Part shown: positions 28,141 to 42,399 of the stretch, one piece after another | How positions within the stretch are numbered: position 1 is the stretch's first letter | Layout: each line of letters begins with the position of its first letter | NCBI RefSeq assembly: GCF_037042905.1 | Contig: NC_087247.1 | Span: forward strand, 63,123,097 to 63,187,096 | From: Lytechinus pictus | Lineage: Eukaryota | DNA length: 64,000 bases | Direction: 5' to 3' | Translations under genes and position numbers: made by a program | Notes under the pieces: model-generated | What the model was told of the DNA's origin: nothing | The model's input: only the letters and a program-made list of their open reading frames with translations | Databases searched by the model: none

Positions 28141-30104
<1,964 letters not shown>

Positions 30105-30167
30105 CTTTAAGGTTTGTATTATATTAAATGATTCTAAGCTTGAACTGTGATTACTTTTGTTCTAAAG

Positions 30168-30379
30168 AATGTCTTTGCAATCACCGTTGGGAATCTACCT
30201 CCTGGCTCATGCGTTGTCATCTCGGTTCGATACGTTACTGAGCTGGTAGTCGAGGGTGACCGTATTGCATTCAATCTACTTGGAAGTGTAGCGCCATGGA
30301 AGAAGAAAGAAATTCTGATGGGCTCTGTTGATGAAAAGGGTGACGCAGTAGATGGCGTCGTCGAAAACAAGCAAAATAG
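30168..30379 (+). CDS. PARP4: PARP4-like exon M (VIT domain)
   Basis: Acceptor ttgttctaaag|AAT, donor AATAG|GTTAGA, ending in phase 2. Translation NVFAITVGNLPPGSCVVISVRYVTELVVEGDRIAFNLLGSVAPWKKKEIL.. resembles human DVFTVSVGNLPPKAKVLIKITYITELSILGTVGVFFMPATVAPWQQDKAL. Confidence 0.85.
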
Positions 30380-31400
30380 GTTAGATCGACAAGAGATTTT
30401 TTTTCTTAATTGATTTATTTTTAAATATTCACCTTTTCCTCTTTATTACTATTAGGAAATTCATAGGGGAAGTGGGTAGTCTCTCCCTACGTTTTTCCAA
30501 TTAATCCCCTGGATGGACAGTAGGACATTATTTTCATGTATAGCCCCCTAAGCGGATGATTTTGTATTATGCAGTCATCTAGTCAGTGGATAGCAATATG
30601 AGGTGCGATATGTATATGAAAAAGGTTAAAAAGATAATCATGATCCTTGCTTTTGAGGAGTTCAATGTAAATCCGATATAGGAGGGGGGGGGGGGGTCTC
30701 CTCCCTTTCGACCTTTAGTGCAATACTTTTGCCTGAATGGGCATATGTGTTAGGCGATTATTTTTTTTCTCGTGCATCTTTTTAGATCAAAGTCGTGACG
30801 TCCACTTAGAAATTCTTGAACCAGGTTTGAAAGTACGCAACCATTTGTATCTGCATTTCGGACCAAAATTTGCTCTGAAGCATGATTTCGTGTACAAAAC
30901 AATGCAGGCATTCTTGTGCATAGAGGACCTAAATAATGAACTCTGCTCGAGTCGCCAAATGGATATAAAGCACTCGGTCCTGCGGACCTCGGTGCGGTAT
31001 ATCCATTGGCTCTTTGGCCCCGCATGCATGAGCTTACGTGCATTATTTGTATACTATACCATGTATACCGTTACGCTCAAAAGTTAGTGAACCCCACCAC
31101 AAAATGCACTATTTCATGCTGAGTGTTGCATGTAGACAACACTACAATGTTTGGCGAGCCCAGAGAAACAAACTTATTATTACATCACTCGACTTCACAA
31201 TTAACATGATTAAATATATAAAACATAGCAGAACTTTAACACTTTATATACATGTATGTTCATTTTCTGGTGGAATTCACTAACTTTTGAGCACCACTGT
31301 ATATTTGTAATTGTTTGGGGTGATTTTTTTTTTGGAAAGACTGGTAGTTTTATTCGCTATCTTCAATAATGTTCAATGACGTTATTGAATTATTCTTCAG

Positions 31401-31482
31401 GAGTGAATCTTTCATGGCCAAGGTTGAAATGCCCTCTAGGATTAGAAGCATCCACTGTCCTACTCACTCAATTAAGGTTCAG
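31401..31482 (+). CDS. PARP4: PARP4-like exon N (end of VIT domain)
   Basis: Acceptor tattcttcag|G, donor GTTCAG|GTAAGC. Translation (R)SESFMAKVEMPSRIRSIHCPTHSIKVQ resembles human KQSFSLTMSIEMPYVIEFIFSDTHELKQ. Confidence 0.75.
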
Positions 31483-31800
31483 GTAAGCATTTTCAGTGAT
31501 GTTACAAACTTAGATACTCTATTTTCTGAGAGAAATCTCAGGTAGAGTTGAAAGAAGCTCTTGGTACAATGTTAGTGTTTAAATTAATAACCTATCATGG
31601 TTTATGAAGACATTGAATCCCTTTAACCGACTTTGCGCAGGTAAGGGCCCATGGTATTTATCTTTGGTCAGAAGCCAAATACTTCTTACTTACACATCGA
31701 GTCAAGTCACAACGATGTCAGATTGATTTGCAAAAATATATTATGCATGTACAATTAATTACTACCAAGTGACTTACATTTTATTCATTTTTTCGTAAAG

Positions 31801-31941
31801 AAAAAGGATGAGAAACTTCTCGAGATAGCTATGTGTGATGGTGATAAACTGGTGGATGGTCTGCAGCTATTGGTTGAGATGGATAACGCACATAAACCAC
31901 GAATTTGGCGGGAAACACTTCCTGATGATCATAGCAGACAG
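31801..31941 (+). CDS. PARP4: PARP4-like exon O (VIT-VWA linker)
   Basis: Acceptor tttcgtaaag|AAA, donor AGACAG|GTGAGT; 47 codons. The segment ..NAHKPRIWRETLPDDHSRQ resembles human ..AAYLPRMWVEKHPEKESE. Confidence 0.75.
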
Positions 31942-32143
31942 GTGAGTGGTGGGAGAGCATGAAATAATTTTGGATGAAATATTTTATATTTCTAATACAT
32001 TTACCGTTAGTTTACATAAAACTTAAAATTGCATCAAAATGGGAATATTCAAACTTGTTAATTATCAAGGGTAATTTACGTTCTTTGTCATCAGAAAAAT
32101 AATGTTCAAAGTTTGCTCGGTTGTCTTTGAAATTAAACTTTAG

Positions 32144-32330
32144 GCGTGCATGGTGGTATTTTATCCGGAGTTTCCTGTGACAACTATAGAGAACCCTGAA
32201 GTAGTCATCATGTTAGATCGTTCGACATCCATGAAAGGACAACCAATGAATGATGCTAAGAAGTTGGTGCATATGGTATTAGAAAGCCTTCCTCCACAGA
32301 GCCGTTATAACCTTGTCGTTTTTGGAAATG
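32144..32330 (+). CDS. PARP4: PARP4-like exon P (VWA domain with the metal-ion-dependent adhesion site, MIDAS, motif DxSxS)
   Basis: Acceptor aaactttag|GCG, donor AAATG|GTATGT, ending in phase 1. Translation ACMVVFYPEFPVTTIENPEVVIMLDRSTSMKGQPMNDAKKLVHMVLESLPPQSRYNLVVFGNG resembles human ACMLVFQPDLDVDLPDLASESEVIICLDCSSSMEGVTFLQAKQIALHALSLVGEKQKVNIIQFGTG. Confidence 0.9.
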
Positions 32331-32846
32331 GTATGTATTCGGAAGCAAACTGAATGAGTGATAACAAGTCAATTCAGCAAACATTCAAAATAGACTGATG
32401 GTTCAGCAGTCTTTTTCAGTATCTAAAAATGAGATTAGAATATTCTAGAACGATCAGACATGGAGCTGGAATCAGATAAAAGGTGCGATCAATATATTAC
32501 CATGCAAAGAATCCACCCAGAATACTCTATACTATAAGCCATTCTTCTCTAATAACTTTACCACTTGAAATGTGTTTAATAACAGGTATTCATGCGATGG
32601 CTTTTTTAAATCAAGGACATTCCAGAAATAGTATTTTAATGTGGCTAATATCATACCAGATGGGGATTTGGGCTTGGTTTTATTGAATTCATAGGGTACG
32701 GTAATCGAGAACTGTAGTTCAGTCTCTGTGCAATTCAGCGTGGAATAGTTGTAACCAACTCATGCGACGTGCGTATAACCATTTAAGTTAAACACCTACA
32801 GATTTTCATTTTCGTTATAGATTTAATCGTTATCATTTTCACTTAG

Positions 32847-33114
32847 ATTTCGATGAGTTATACCCAACTAGCGTCTTAGCAACTGATGAGAACATCAAAC
32901 ACACTGAATCGTTTTTGATGACGGTAACTTGGGAGCGTGGAGCTACAGAGGTTTGGAGGCCATTGAGAGCTATGTCTCTTCTCTCATCTAGCGATGTTCG
33001 TCTTACCAGCAACGGATTTCTTATCTCTGATGGCCACGTGACAAATGAACAAGATACGCTCTTAGAAGTAGCGAGTAATCGCCAAATCAATCGCCTCTTC
33101 ACATTCGGAGTCAG
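32847..33114 (+). CDS. PARP4: PARP4-like exon Q (VWA domain)
   Basis: Acceptor ttcacttag|AT, donor GTCAG|GTAACT. The segment ..WERGATEVWRPLRAMSLLSSSDVRLTSNGFLISDGHVTNEQDTLLEVASNRQINRLFTFGV resembles human ..MGNTDFWKTLRYLSLLYPARGSRNILLVSDGHLQDESLTLQLVKRSRPHTRLFACGIG. Confidence 0.9.
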
Positions 33115-33555
33115 GTAACTACGTAACTTTAATTTGATTAGATTTTATGTACTTATGAATTATATGATGCTGTATAGTTTTGCAATGTAATGTGTCTGTG
33201 TGACTGGTGTTAGCTGGTCAGTGACGTCACATGCTAAGTGTTTGGTTTGTCAGGTTTAGTGTTATATTGTGTAATGTGATGTTGTGTGGTTTGTTTCTAT
33301 GCTAAGTGATGTGGTTTGATGTGATGTAATGTGATGTCTTTGATGGTGATATTTAGTGTGAGGTGATTTGCACTGATTTTTTTTTTAGGTTTGGTTTGGC
33401 GTAGGTGTTTATTGTTGCTGAGATGTTACATGATGCAATAATTGTGATACATTCGAAATCGATGTTCATCCATTGTTATGCGGAAAGTGAAGTGTGAAGT
33501 GATAACTTTTGAATTAAGTGGTTTTGAACATGAAATTTATTTTGTATTATTTCAG

Positions 33556-33655
33556 TTCTGAATCAAACCGTCACGTTTTACGTACTCTAGCTGATACAGG
33601 AGGTGGAGCTTATGAACAATTCGATCCCAGGAGCAAATCTACTTGGGAAGCAAAG
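33556..33655 (+). CDS. PARP4: PARP4-like exon R (end of VWA domain)
   Basis: Acceptor tatttcag|T, donor GCAAAG|GTAACA. Translation SESNRHVLRTLADTGGGAYEQFDPRSKSTWEAK resembles human STANRHVLRILSQCGAGVFEYFNAKSKHSWRKQ. Confidence 0.85.
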
Positions 33656-33972
33656 GTAACACTCTAGTTGCAGTTGTGTGGGAGCGTCGTAATGGTCATG
33701 GCAAATTATTCTCGCAGAGGGTCATGCGTTCGTATATATCTGAGAAATTTCATTATGCAAGAAATTGATCAAAAATGTGCTGCACTCAACCATCGTGTAT
33801 TCAATGGGTTTCTGGCAAGAATATAAATTACTTGAAACGTACGTGTGCCTCGACGGTGTTCGGTTACAACCATTATAGTAGTGACTTTATGTGAGGACCA
33901 CACCCACACCTGCTCAATCTCAAATATCCCCATTACTAAATGTATCACCATTCTCCCTCCAGACATTCATAT

Positions 33973-34142
33973 ACACTGTAAAAAAATGAAGTGCTAATTT
34001 AGCACTTAAAGTGCTTGTATAGTGACTGCACTTCGAGTGCTGATTTTCTAGTTTAAATTTGAACAAGAAAATCAGCACTGGTAGTGCAGTCACTATACAA
34101 CACTGGAAGCGCTAAGTTAGCACTTCATTTTTTTACAGTGTA
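33973..34142. mobile_element. Palindromic MITE, family 'C' (170 bp), copy 1
   Basis: A perfect hairpin: ACACTGTAAAAAAATGAAGTGCTAATTTAGCACTTAAAGTGCTTGTATAGTGACTGCACTTCGAGTGCTGATTTTC pairs with its reverse complement. Confidence 0.8.
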
Positions 34143-34476
34143 TACCAACACAATCACACCCACAATATCCACCTCAAACATATTGTCCAGTGGGCCCAAC
34201 GTGTATGGTTATGAATAATATAGTCACATTTGCATCCTCCACATTGTCGACTTGAGACTTCCTTAAGAAAATATAGCTAATACAATTTGATCTATTTGAA
34301 GAAAAAAAAAAGGAAAAAAAGTCACATCCTCAAACTTTTCAACAAAATGTTTAATCCAGTGTTTCCATCATTAAGTCAATTGTTCTAAAAACATAACCTC
34401 CTGCGTGTTACTGTAGCTTTATCACATCAACCTATTTCAACCCTATAACTGAATATTCTACCATTTATTAAACAAG

Positions 34477-34665
34477 GTTCAATCACAAGTGAGGCGTTCT
34501 TGTCAGCCTGCAGCCACGTCAATCAAAGTCAACTGGATCTCAACAAAGGGTGATGCACCAATACATTTGACAAGGAAGGAGATAGTTCAAGCCCCTTCCC
34601 AGAATGCATCACTATTCACAGGAACGCGATTGGTCCTTTATGCCATGGGTCCAGAGGTTTCCAAG
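34477..34665 (+). CDS. PARP4: PARP4-like exon S
   Basis: Acceptor aacaag|GTT, donor TCCAAG|GTGTGT; 63 codons. Translation VQSQVRRSCQPAATSIKVNWISTKGDAPIHLTRKEIVQAPSQNASLFTGTRLVLYAMGPEVSK resembles human IEDQMTRLCSPSCHSVSVKWQQLNPDVPEALQAPAQVPSLFLNDRLLVYGFIPHCTQ. Confidence 0.8.
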
Positions 34666-35096
34666 GTGTGTTTCCATTCTATGTATATGTAAAGGCCAAT
34701 GTCGCAAATATACTTTTCACAAGAGTAATGAACACAATTATTTCAGGTAATCAGCATTAGATATGAACAGAAACGAACGTTCAAATTTTCAGAACAAATT
34801 ATAGGAGACCTTAGTTCACAGCTTTGAGTTTACACCATTACGTTATGTCAATTTTGAACATAACTCCAAATAATGAGGTAATTGCTAACCACTATGAAGT
34901 TTTGATATATCTTGTTAATTTGCCACTTTTGGTGCAAATATTACTGTTGAAATCAAGAAATATCTTTTGTTTCGTGTTATATTAAAATAAATTAAGGTGA
35001 TCAATTATTTAGAAAAAAAAATGCATGCTCACCCTGCAATCAATGAAAACTATGATGGGTTTTTTCTTGTAAACATTTCTGATGTTTATGATTAAG

Positions 35097-35177
35097 GTGG
35101 AACTAGAAGCAGAGATTGAAGGAAGAACTGAATGTTTTGAAGTATCAGCCGACGAAACATCTTCAGCGAAAGGGTTG
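35097..35177 (+). CDS. PARP4: PARP4-like exon T
   Basis: Acceptor gattaag|GTG, donor GGGTTG|GTAAGT; 27 codons. Translation is VELEAEIEGRTECFEVSADETSSAKGL. Confidence 0.65.
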
Positions 35178-35224
35178 GTAAGTATAATGAATCTAATCCC
35201 CATTGGCAAAGTATACACCATGTA

Positions 35225-35520
35225 CTAGGTGCAGTGGCGTACCGTGAGTCGCGCTCAATCGCCAGGTATACTGACCTAATAGAAACATTTTAAGGACAGT
35301 GCTTTAAACGGAAATGTATCTCACTGATCAAATAATGCATACCTGTCTCGCTAAACAAACATTGCGATTATAATATAACATTATAATGAACAGTGATTTC
35401 TTCTTTCCCACTACGTTTCTCTTTCTTTCTCCCTCCCACTTTTTCTCCTCCCCCTTTTTTTCCAGCCGATGGGGGGGGGGGGGGGGGGGCACGTGCCCCC
35501 CATGCCCCCCGTAGTTACGC
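35225..35520 (+). mobile_element. Fragment of the S-family / hAT-like element (terminal region)
   Basis: GTGGCGTACCGTGAGTCGCGCTCAATCGCCAGGTATACTGACCTAATAGAAAC is homologous to 15990-16110. It ends with G23-CACGTG-C6 and the TAGTTACGCCACT terminus. Confidence 0.6.
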
Positions 35521-35783
35521 CACTAACTAGGTGAAATGTTATCTTGTATTTATCTCACACAACTGCGTGTTATACACAAATCGACCAGATAATGTTTTAT
35601 TGTAACTCCTATATCAATTTTAACTGTCTGTCAATATTGGTGGCAATGAGGATCAAAACTATTGTTATGATATTTCTATACTTACGATACATTTCATATC
35701 GCGATCTCCGCGTAGCGAGACATACATAGAAACCTGGTATTCTAACTTATATGTGAATTCCTTTCTTATTTGGTTTAATCTAG

Positions 35784-35966
35784 ACTCTACATCGTTTGGC
35801 CACTCGAGGAATCGTTAGAGACTGGGAGCTTGGTTCTGTCCATGCAAACAGACTGGAGAATGATGCCATGATGGATGATGTAAGAATACATCTTGTTAAA
35901 CTAGGAGTTGAGTTTAACATCGTATCTCCTCTCACCAGCTTTATCGCCATAGAGAAGAGAGATGAG
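35784..35966 (+). CDS. PARP4: PARP4-like exon U (conserved TSF[IV]A[IV]EKRDE segment)
   Basis: Acceptor taatctag|ACT, donor GATGAG|GTAAGC; 61 codons. Translation TLHRLATRGIVRDWELGSVHANRLENDAMMDDVRIHLVKLGVEFNIVSPLTSFIAIEKRDE resembles human KLAARALIRDYEDG...SLITQFTSFVAVEKRDE. Confidence 0.85.
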
Positions 35967-36488
35967 GTAAGCTATGATAGGTCTGAAAACGAAATCATGC
36001 TAGTTAAAAATTAGAAAGGTGAGGAGTATCAGTTCACTTGCAGTAAAAATCTAGTGGCGATATTATGTATCTTTATTGCTTTGTTTAATATATCATGACA
36101 TTTATTTCCAAGTTTTGGATATCACATTGAAAAAAGGCATTTGACCATACAGCTTTGTTATATTCAGGTGGCATTTTGTAAGTTGCAGATTAGGGGAGCG
36201 TTTCATCAAGTTGCATTAACATTTTATCCACCAAGTTGTTAGACTTGACAATTTATCTTGGTTTTATTTTACTGAGAGCTATTAATATGGTAACCGTTGG
36301 ATAAAACGTCACTCAATAAACCGCAAGACTAGTCCTTTCATGTAAAAATCCCCTAAAATATTGTCGTTTACAAGCATCTTAATTGCACATTTTTTTTTCT
36401 TTTATTACAAAATGTGATCATGAATAAAGTCTCACTTTGTTTTGAAAAAAGCCCTTGAATCATTTGGGTAGGCCTATCACTCTTCTAC

Positions 36489-37002
36489 GGAGCCTTTAAA
36501 GTGCCATCGACTTGACGACTTGGCGAGATACTTTATCTTGCCATGTCGATATAATAAACTTACTATGTCGACATGGCGAGATACGTTATTTCGCCAAGTC
36601 GACTTACAAAAAAATAAATGTCGACATGGCGAGATACGTTATCTCGCCAAGTCGACTTATAAAAGGTTATATATCGACATGGCGAGATACGTTATCTTGC
36701 CAAGTTGACTTATAAAAAGTTATATGTCAACATGGCGAGATATCTCATCTTGCCAAGTCGACTAATAAAAAGTTATATGTCAACTTGGAGAGATATTTGG
36801 ACTCTCGCCGGGCCTTGGACACTTCATATCTTGTCATGTCGACATAAGTTTTATAAGTCAACTTACAAGATCAAATATCTCGCTATGTTGACATATAACG
36901 TATATAACTTTTTATAAGTCGACTTGGCGAGATAACGTATCTCGCCATGTCGACATAAAGTATCTCGCCAAGTCGTCAAGTCGATGGCACTTTAAAGGCT
37001 CC
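36489..37002. repeat. 514-bp perfect foldback (inverted-repeat) element built from palindromic ~45-bp subunits
   Basis: 36489 GGAGCCTTTAAAGTGCCATCGACTTGACGACTTGGCGAGATA is the reverse complement of 36961-37002. The internal units have the form GTCGACATGGCGAGATACGTTATCTCGCCAAGTCGAC. Confidence 0.9.
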
Positions 37003-37201
37003 GTACTGTTAGCACAAGAACATGTACCATTTGTTCCTAAAGTCATGTTACTAACACATTTTTAGATCATCTGTGATGTTGCCACTTTAAATGAAATATA
37101 AACAGCAAACAGAGATAAAGGGTACTCGCTAAGTATCTTCATATCTACCGCTGATTATAAAGTGTAAACAACAGTCTTTTCCTTATTCCTCTATTTGAAA
37201 G

Positions 37202-37324
37202 GAGGACGAGAATATGGATACCGACGGACCGTCGCTGACTACTATCTTAGAAGGATTGTGGCCAACGTCTTACAACACGAGCTCACCTTGGATAATACAG
37301 GATGCATCAACAGGAATAGAAACG
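37202..37324 (+). CDS. PARP4: PARP4-like exon V (acidic linker)
   Basis: Acceptor tttgaaag|GAG, donor AAACG|GTATGC. Only the frame EDENMDTDGPSLTTILEGLWPTSYNTSSPWIIQDASTGIET is phase-compatible with both neighbouring exons; the alternative frame runs into a stop at the next exon. Confidence 0.55.
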
Positions 37325-37619
37325 GTATGCTTAATACCATGATTTCCGCTCTTTCTAATGCTCATACTATATTGTGTTGGTAGTGGTAACAAAAATGTAT
37401 TATAATAATACGAAATTATAATGTAAATAATATTTTGTTAATAGAAGACATATTTGTTTTAACATGATGGTATATAATTAAATGATTTTAAATAACACGA
37501 AAGTATGATATAAGTATATAATAATGATTTTTAAAAATAATAGCTTTCTTATTTATTACCTGTTGCAGCTTTTTTAAAATATAGTTTGTTACAGTTAAAT
37601 TCGTATGTTGTATTTATAG

Positions 37620-37769
37620 AGCTGCAGTATGACCCAAGTGAATGAGACATTGACCCGTGCGAGCAGTGCGCAAAGTTCATTCTCCTTTGTTACTGCTGAA
37701 CATCAATACAAACAAGCTTGGAAACTTGCTACTGATTCCTTTGAACCACTTCATCCAGCCGTTCAGAAG
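37620..37769 (+). CDS. PARP4: PARP4-like exon W
   Basis: Acceptor tatttatag|AGC, donor CAGAAG|GTCAGT; 50 codons. Translation is SCSMTQVNETLTRASSAQSSFSFVTAEHQYKQAWKLATDSFEPLHPAVQK. It is phase-consistent with both flanking exons. Confidence 0.55.
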
Positions 37770-38907
37770 GTCAGTATAACTGTATCTTTCAAAATATCTA
37801 CATTTGAAAGTTGAGTCCATCATTCCACATGTACGTCATTAGGAAGAAGAAGAAGTTTGTGTTTTTATTCTCCTTACCAAGGCCATGCTAGTTCATAGTC
37901 CAGTGATTTTTTCAAGACCAAGAAAAAGAAAGGAGAGGATAGAAAAGGAAAGTGGGGATGAATCAAATTCTTTCTGAACATTATGTCAAAATCTATCACA
38001 AATTTGGATTTTTGTAATAAAAATGTTGAAATGCTGGCTTCCTCACTTCGCTCGCTCACAAATATATATATTTTTTTTTCGCGATATCCCATACCAAGAC
38101 CCCTCAAAATTTTTGGCTCATTATGCCTCTGGCATCGTCTGAATGATATTTTCCATACTGGAAATACTGAAATGTGATGATGCTATTTTTTTTCGCAATT
38201 TCTTTTCTGATAATTGTAAACCACTCATTTTGTAGAGTGCACTCTGATTTGTTAGGTAGACATTTACATTTCATATAAGAAAACTGTCGACAATATTTTG
38301 TTAATGCTTTGAGCTATGTATTATGTCAATTAGGAATTTAAACTTTGTATATTTCCAAGCTGTTGAACTTTAACCTGTTTTACATTGTTGAATCATACTG
38401 TTACCATTTATTTTTACAATGATCTAGTATCATCTCTATTCTTTGCTATACATTATTATTCTTTTTTGAAATATTTGTATTGAATTTAGTATATTAAAAA
38501 TAGGACACATCAGAATGTTAATTGATGAAGATCGACATGAATATGCGTATTTGTCAGAAAATAAATTAAAACATTGTACAAGTTCATCAGATGCATATAT
38601 TAATATTAGCTTCTTTACTGCAAGCAGATAAATGCTTGAGAATTTTCTAATCATCTTTTATACCTGTTTTCTCAATGCAATGTATTTCATCAATTTTCCT
38701 ACAAACATACACATCATAAAATGAACACTTTATCACCGAACAGTCAAATAAATTTGATAATTTTTTTTCTCATTTCCAAGGCAAAACTAACTTGATATTA
38801 TTGTGTTTGCAATAAATTGATTAACATAATTATTTTATTGAAAATTGATTAGTAGTTGCAGTAGTTGCAAGTTTTTGATAAAATTTCCCGAATTGGTAAT
38901 TTTATAG

Positions 38908-39050
38908 GCGTGTCTTGCTTTAGCACAATTTCATCTTCGAGTAAAGGGCGAAGTACAAGAGGCACACAAGGTGTTATTTGATTGTATGCACGAGAGCGAT
39001 GGACTACCCAATACTGATCTCGACCGGAAACTAACTAACATGGCAAAGAT
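38908..39050 (+). CDS. PARP4: PARP4-like exon X
   Basis: Acceptor aattttatag|GCG, donor AAAGAT|GTAAGA, ending in phase 2. Translation is ACLALAQFHLRVKGEVQEAHKVLFDCMHESDGLPNTDLDRKLTNMAK. Its phase 2 end joins the 1-base start of exon Y. Confidence 0.55.
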
Positions 39051-39794
39051 GTAAGAGTGACTTTCAATACATTTCCTGATGATTTTAATCTCTTTTGTCA
39101 AATAAACATCAAAATACTCTGATGAAGCATTTTGAATTAAGGCATTTTCTCACTCATTTAATTGATTTAAATTGCAATGATATGTTACATCATGTGATTC
39201 TTTTATGTAATCTTATGTAATCTAGTGTAAATAGGGCATGGTGCTGATATGACTTGAAATGCCTTTTTTATGACGATTTGTATTGTACATGCTATAATAT
39301 CATGTAAAATGATGATAACGTAAACGTTTTTACATCACGGTTGTCTTTATCTGATTACAAACATTTCGTTAAAATTGTGGGACAATCTGTTTCGTTAAAT
39401 GCTTCATAAATTACAAATTCGCAGATTTAGGAAAAATTGTTCTTGACCAAAATCAGCAGAGAGTAAAAAGCTTTCGAATTTAATTGAGAATAAATTGAAA
39501 TCGAAAGTCGCTATTGATACTCCTCGAAAATTAATGACAAAGTGTCCCCTCTACTTGATTCGACCATTGATAAGTAAAACCATGATGCAAATGATAAAAG
39601 CACTGTCCATGTTATTTTGTTTTGTTCAACTAAATTGCTCAAAAAAACAACAACTGAATTTTATCCCTTTGTATTTATGAAATTGGGTAAGCAAGTGCGG
39701 TGTCGATTCTGGCTATATATCGATAACCGTGTTACTGTCCTATCGATATCTCTTCATCAATGAACTATCTTCATGCTCATACTTTATGCTGCAG

Positions 39795-41703
39795 ATGCAA
39801 AAATCTACTAAACAAGGAAGACCTTAAGACGTGGAAAGACCAAAAGCAAGCGGTGGAAATGGGAACTTCTATCAGCACATGTGATGAATTAGAATCTGAG
39901 TCTCTGGTTCTCGAAGAAGAAATAATTGTTCCTGAGGAAGAGACTGTTGTCATGAGTTCCCCTCCTATAGATCAAGGTTTAGAAGTCATAGCCGTGGAGG
40001 AGGTGAAATCTATGCCATTATTTCTCGAGGAAGAAACATACTACGAAGCTTCATGTGATGTCTACGAGACGGTGGAGGAAATAACAGTTTATCATCCAGT
40101 ATTATTGAAAGCAGCTCCAGAGCAGGCAGCCCAAGAGTTACCCATCATGCATGAAATTAAATCAGTCAGTAAAGAATCTTACATTGCAGAACATGCTGAG
40201 ATAATCGAATGTATCGAGCCATCAGAAAAAATGGAGTTACGAGCTGAGTCACCCGTGATGTTGGAGGCAAGACGAGCTCCTTCACCAGTGATGTTGGAGG
40301 CAAGACGAGCTCCTTCACCAGTGATGTTGGAGGCAAGACAAGAGCTATCACCAGTGATGTTGGTGGCAAGACGAGAGCTATCACCAGTGATGTTGGAGGC
40401 AAGACGAGAGCCATCACCAGTGATGTTGGAGGCAAGACGAGCTCCTTCACCAGTGATGTTGGAGGCAAGACGAGCTCCTTCACCAGTGATGTTGGAGGCA
40501 AGACGAGAGCTATCACCGGTGATGATGGAGGCAAGACGAGAGCCATCACCAGTGATGTTGGAGGCAAGACGGGAGCCATCACCGGTGATGTTGGAGGCAA
40601 GACGAGCTCCTTCACCAGTGATGTTACAGCGTGATGAATCTCCCGTGCTCATGATGCGCGAATCAGCCAAACTTTCATACGCATTGGCAGAACATGACGA
40701 GAGAGTCCAATTACAGCGTATTGAGCCAGTAGAAATGGAGTTACGAGCTGAGTCACCCGTGATGTTGGAGGCAAGACGAGCTCCTTCACCCGTGATGATG
40801 GAGGTAAGACGAGAGCCATCACCAGTGATGTTGGAGGCAAGACGAGAGCCATCACCAGTGATGTTGGAGGCAAGACGAGAGCCATCACCAGTGATGTTGG
40901 AGGTAAGACGAGCTCCTTCACCCGTGATGATGGAGGTAAGACGAGCTCCTTCACCAGTGATGTTACAGCGTGATGAATCTCCCGTGCTCATGATGCGTGA
41001 GGTTCAATCAGTCCAGCTCTCATACGCAACAGCCGTGGCAGAACCTGTTGAGACAGTCCAACTAGAGCTGGAACTACGAGCCAAATCACCCGTGATGTTG
41101 GACGAAATACGAACGCCGTCACCGGTGATGTTACAGCGTGCTGAATCTCCTGTGTTAATGATGCGTGATGCTCAATCAGCACAGCTTTCATATGAAATGG
41201 CAAAACCTGTTAAGACAGTCCAATTAGAGCCTATTGAGTCAGAAGAACTGGAACTACGAGCCGAATCACCCATGATTTTGGATGCGGTACGACCTGTGTC
41301 ACCGTTGTTGTTGGAGGCAAGAAGAGCCCCGTCACCAGTGATGTTGGAAGCAGTCCAAGAAGTGAAAATGTCACTAGCAAGTGCTGTTGCGGAACCCATT
41401 GAACGACTACATGTTGAAAGCAGAGATGAGGAGTTAGAAGAGATTGAGGTCCGTGCTTCATTACTTGATCAGATATTTGAGACGGTTCGATCGACCAAGT
41501 TACATGATGACGTTCAAGATCATGTTGAGAAGCTACGACGGATGCCTGATGCCTGTGCTCCCTACAAATCGTATCTGGCGACTTCTCCCAAAGACAAAAA
41601 AGATGAGAGTGTGAACGACGAGAAGAAGGTTGATGGGGTTGTGAATGATCAAGATAAACCAGGAATTGAAACAATGAGGCGTTTGCTAAAGATATCACAA
41701 GAG
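39795..41703 (+). CDS. PARP4: PARP4-like exon Y: 636-codon tandem-repeat exon (about 25 copies of SPVMLEARR[AE][PL], separated by QRDESPVLMMR. spacers)
   Basis: Acceptor tgctgcag|A, donor CACAAGAG|GTGAGT. A single long ORF sits in the same frame as exons X and Z. It lies where human PARP4 has its S/P-rich low-complexity region, and it ends ..DKPGIETMRRLLKISQE. Confidence 0.65.
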
Positions 41704-42399
41704 GTGAGTTTAAAATGTACCTCTTATAAACATAAACAATTGATCGTCATCTTTTGGTCATTCATCGATTTGCTCAAAATGTTCTTACTTTTTTATTCTT
41801 CCCTTTACCTGTTGAAACACTTAACACATAAGTGAACTGCTTAGTACATCTACTTTCTGACGTGTGCAGTTAAGTTTCAGTATATTTATTTTGATATCGA
41901 ACTTTTTTGTATTAAACTTAAGTAATACATGAATATAATGGTAACGATACCAGCCTAAAGATAGGAATTCAGTAGCTAATAGGTCACAATAAATGCACCA
42001 TATCACAATGCAACTTAATTTTGTAAAGTAATCCATATACTAATAATTTGGTGTACCTGGTTCATTCGATTCATTCATACTTTTTAATAATTTATCTACA
42101 TGTTTATTTTGCACGGCCACTCTGTTTCATCATACCTATAACCATAATAAATCTTATATTTTGATGAAAGATGTCCCTCCTCAACAGTTTCCGGACACTT
42201 GCCCCTGTGACAATTGCTCCTAATGAAAATGTACACGTTAAGCCAAAGATAGACCTGGGCTTCAAACCTTACCTTAATCCTTATCCTCACTTGATTCTGA
42301 ACTAAAAAACCCTATCACAACCCTAAATCTCCCATCTTCAGAAAAATTAACAAGGGGTGATTGTGTCGAGAGAGCGCAACTAGCAGGCGCTGATCCAAG

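Noticed and set aside
40166-41698. Long minus-strand ORFs (149-270 aa) overlapping the repeat exon
   Set aside because: They are antisense read-through of the 33-nt tandem repeat and lack stops only because the repeat lacks them. The + strand frame is the one linked in phase to the flanking PARP4 exons.
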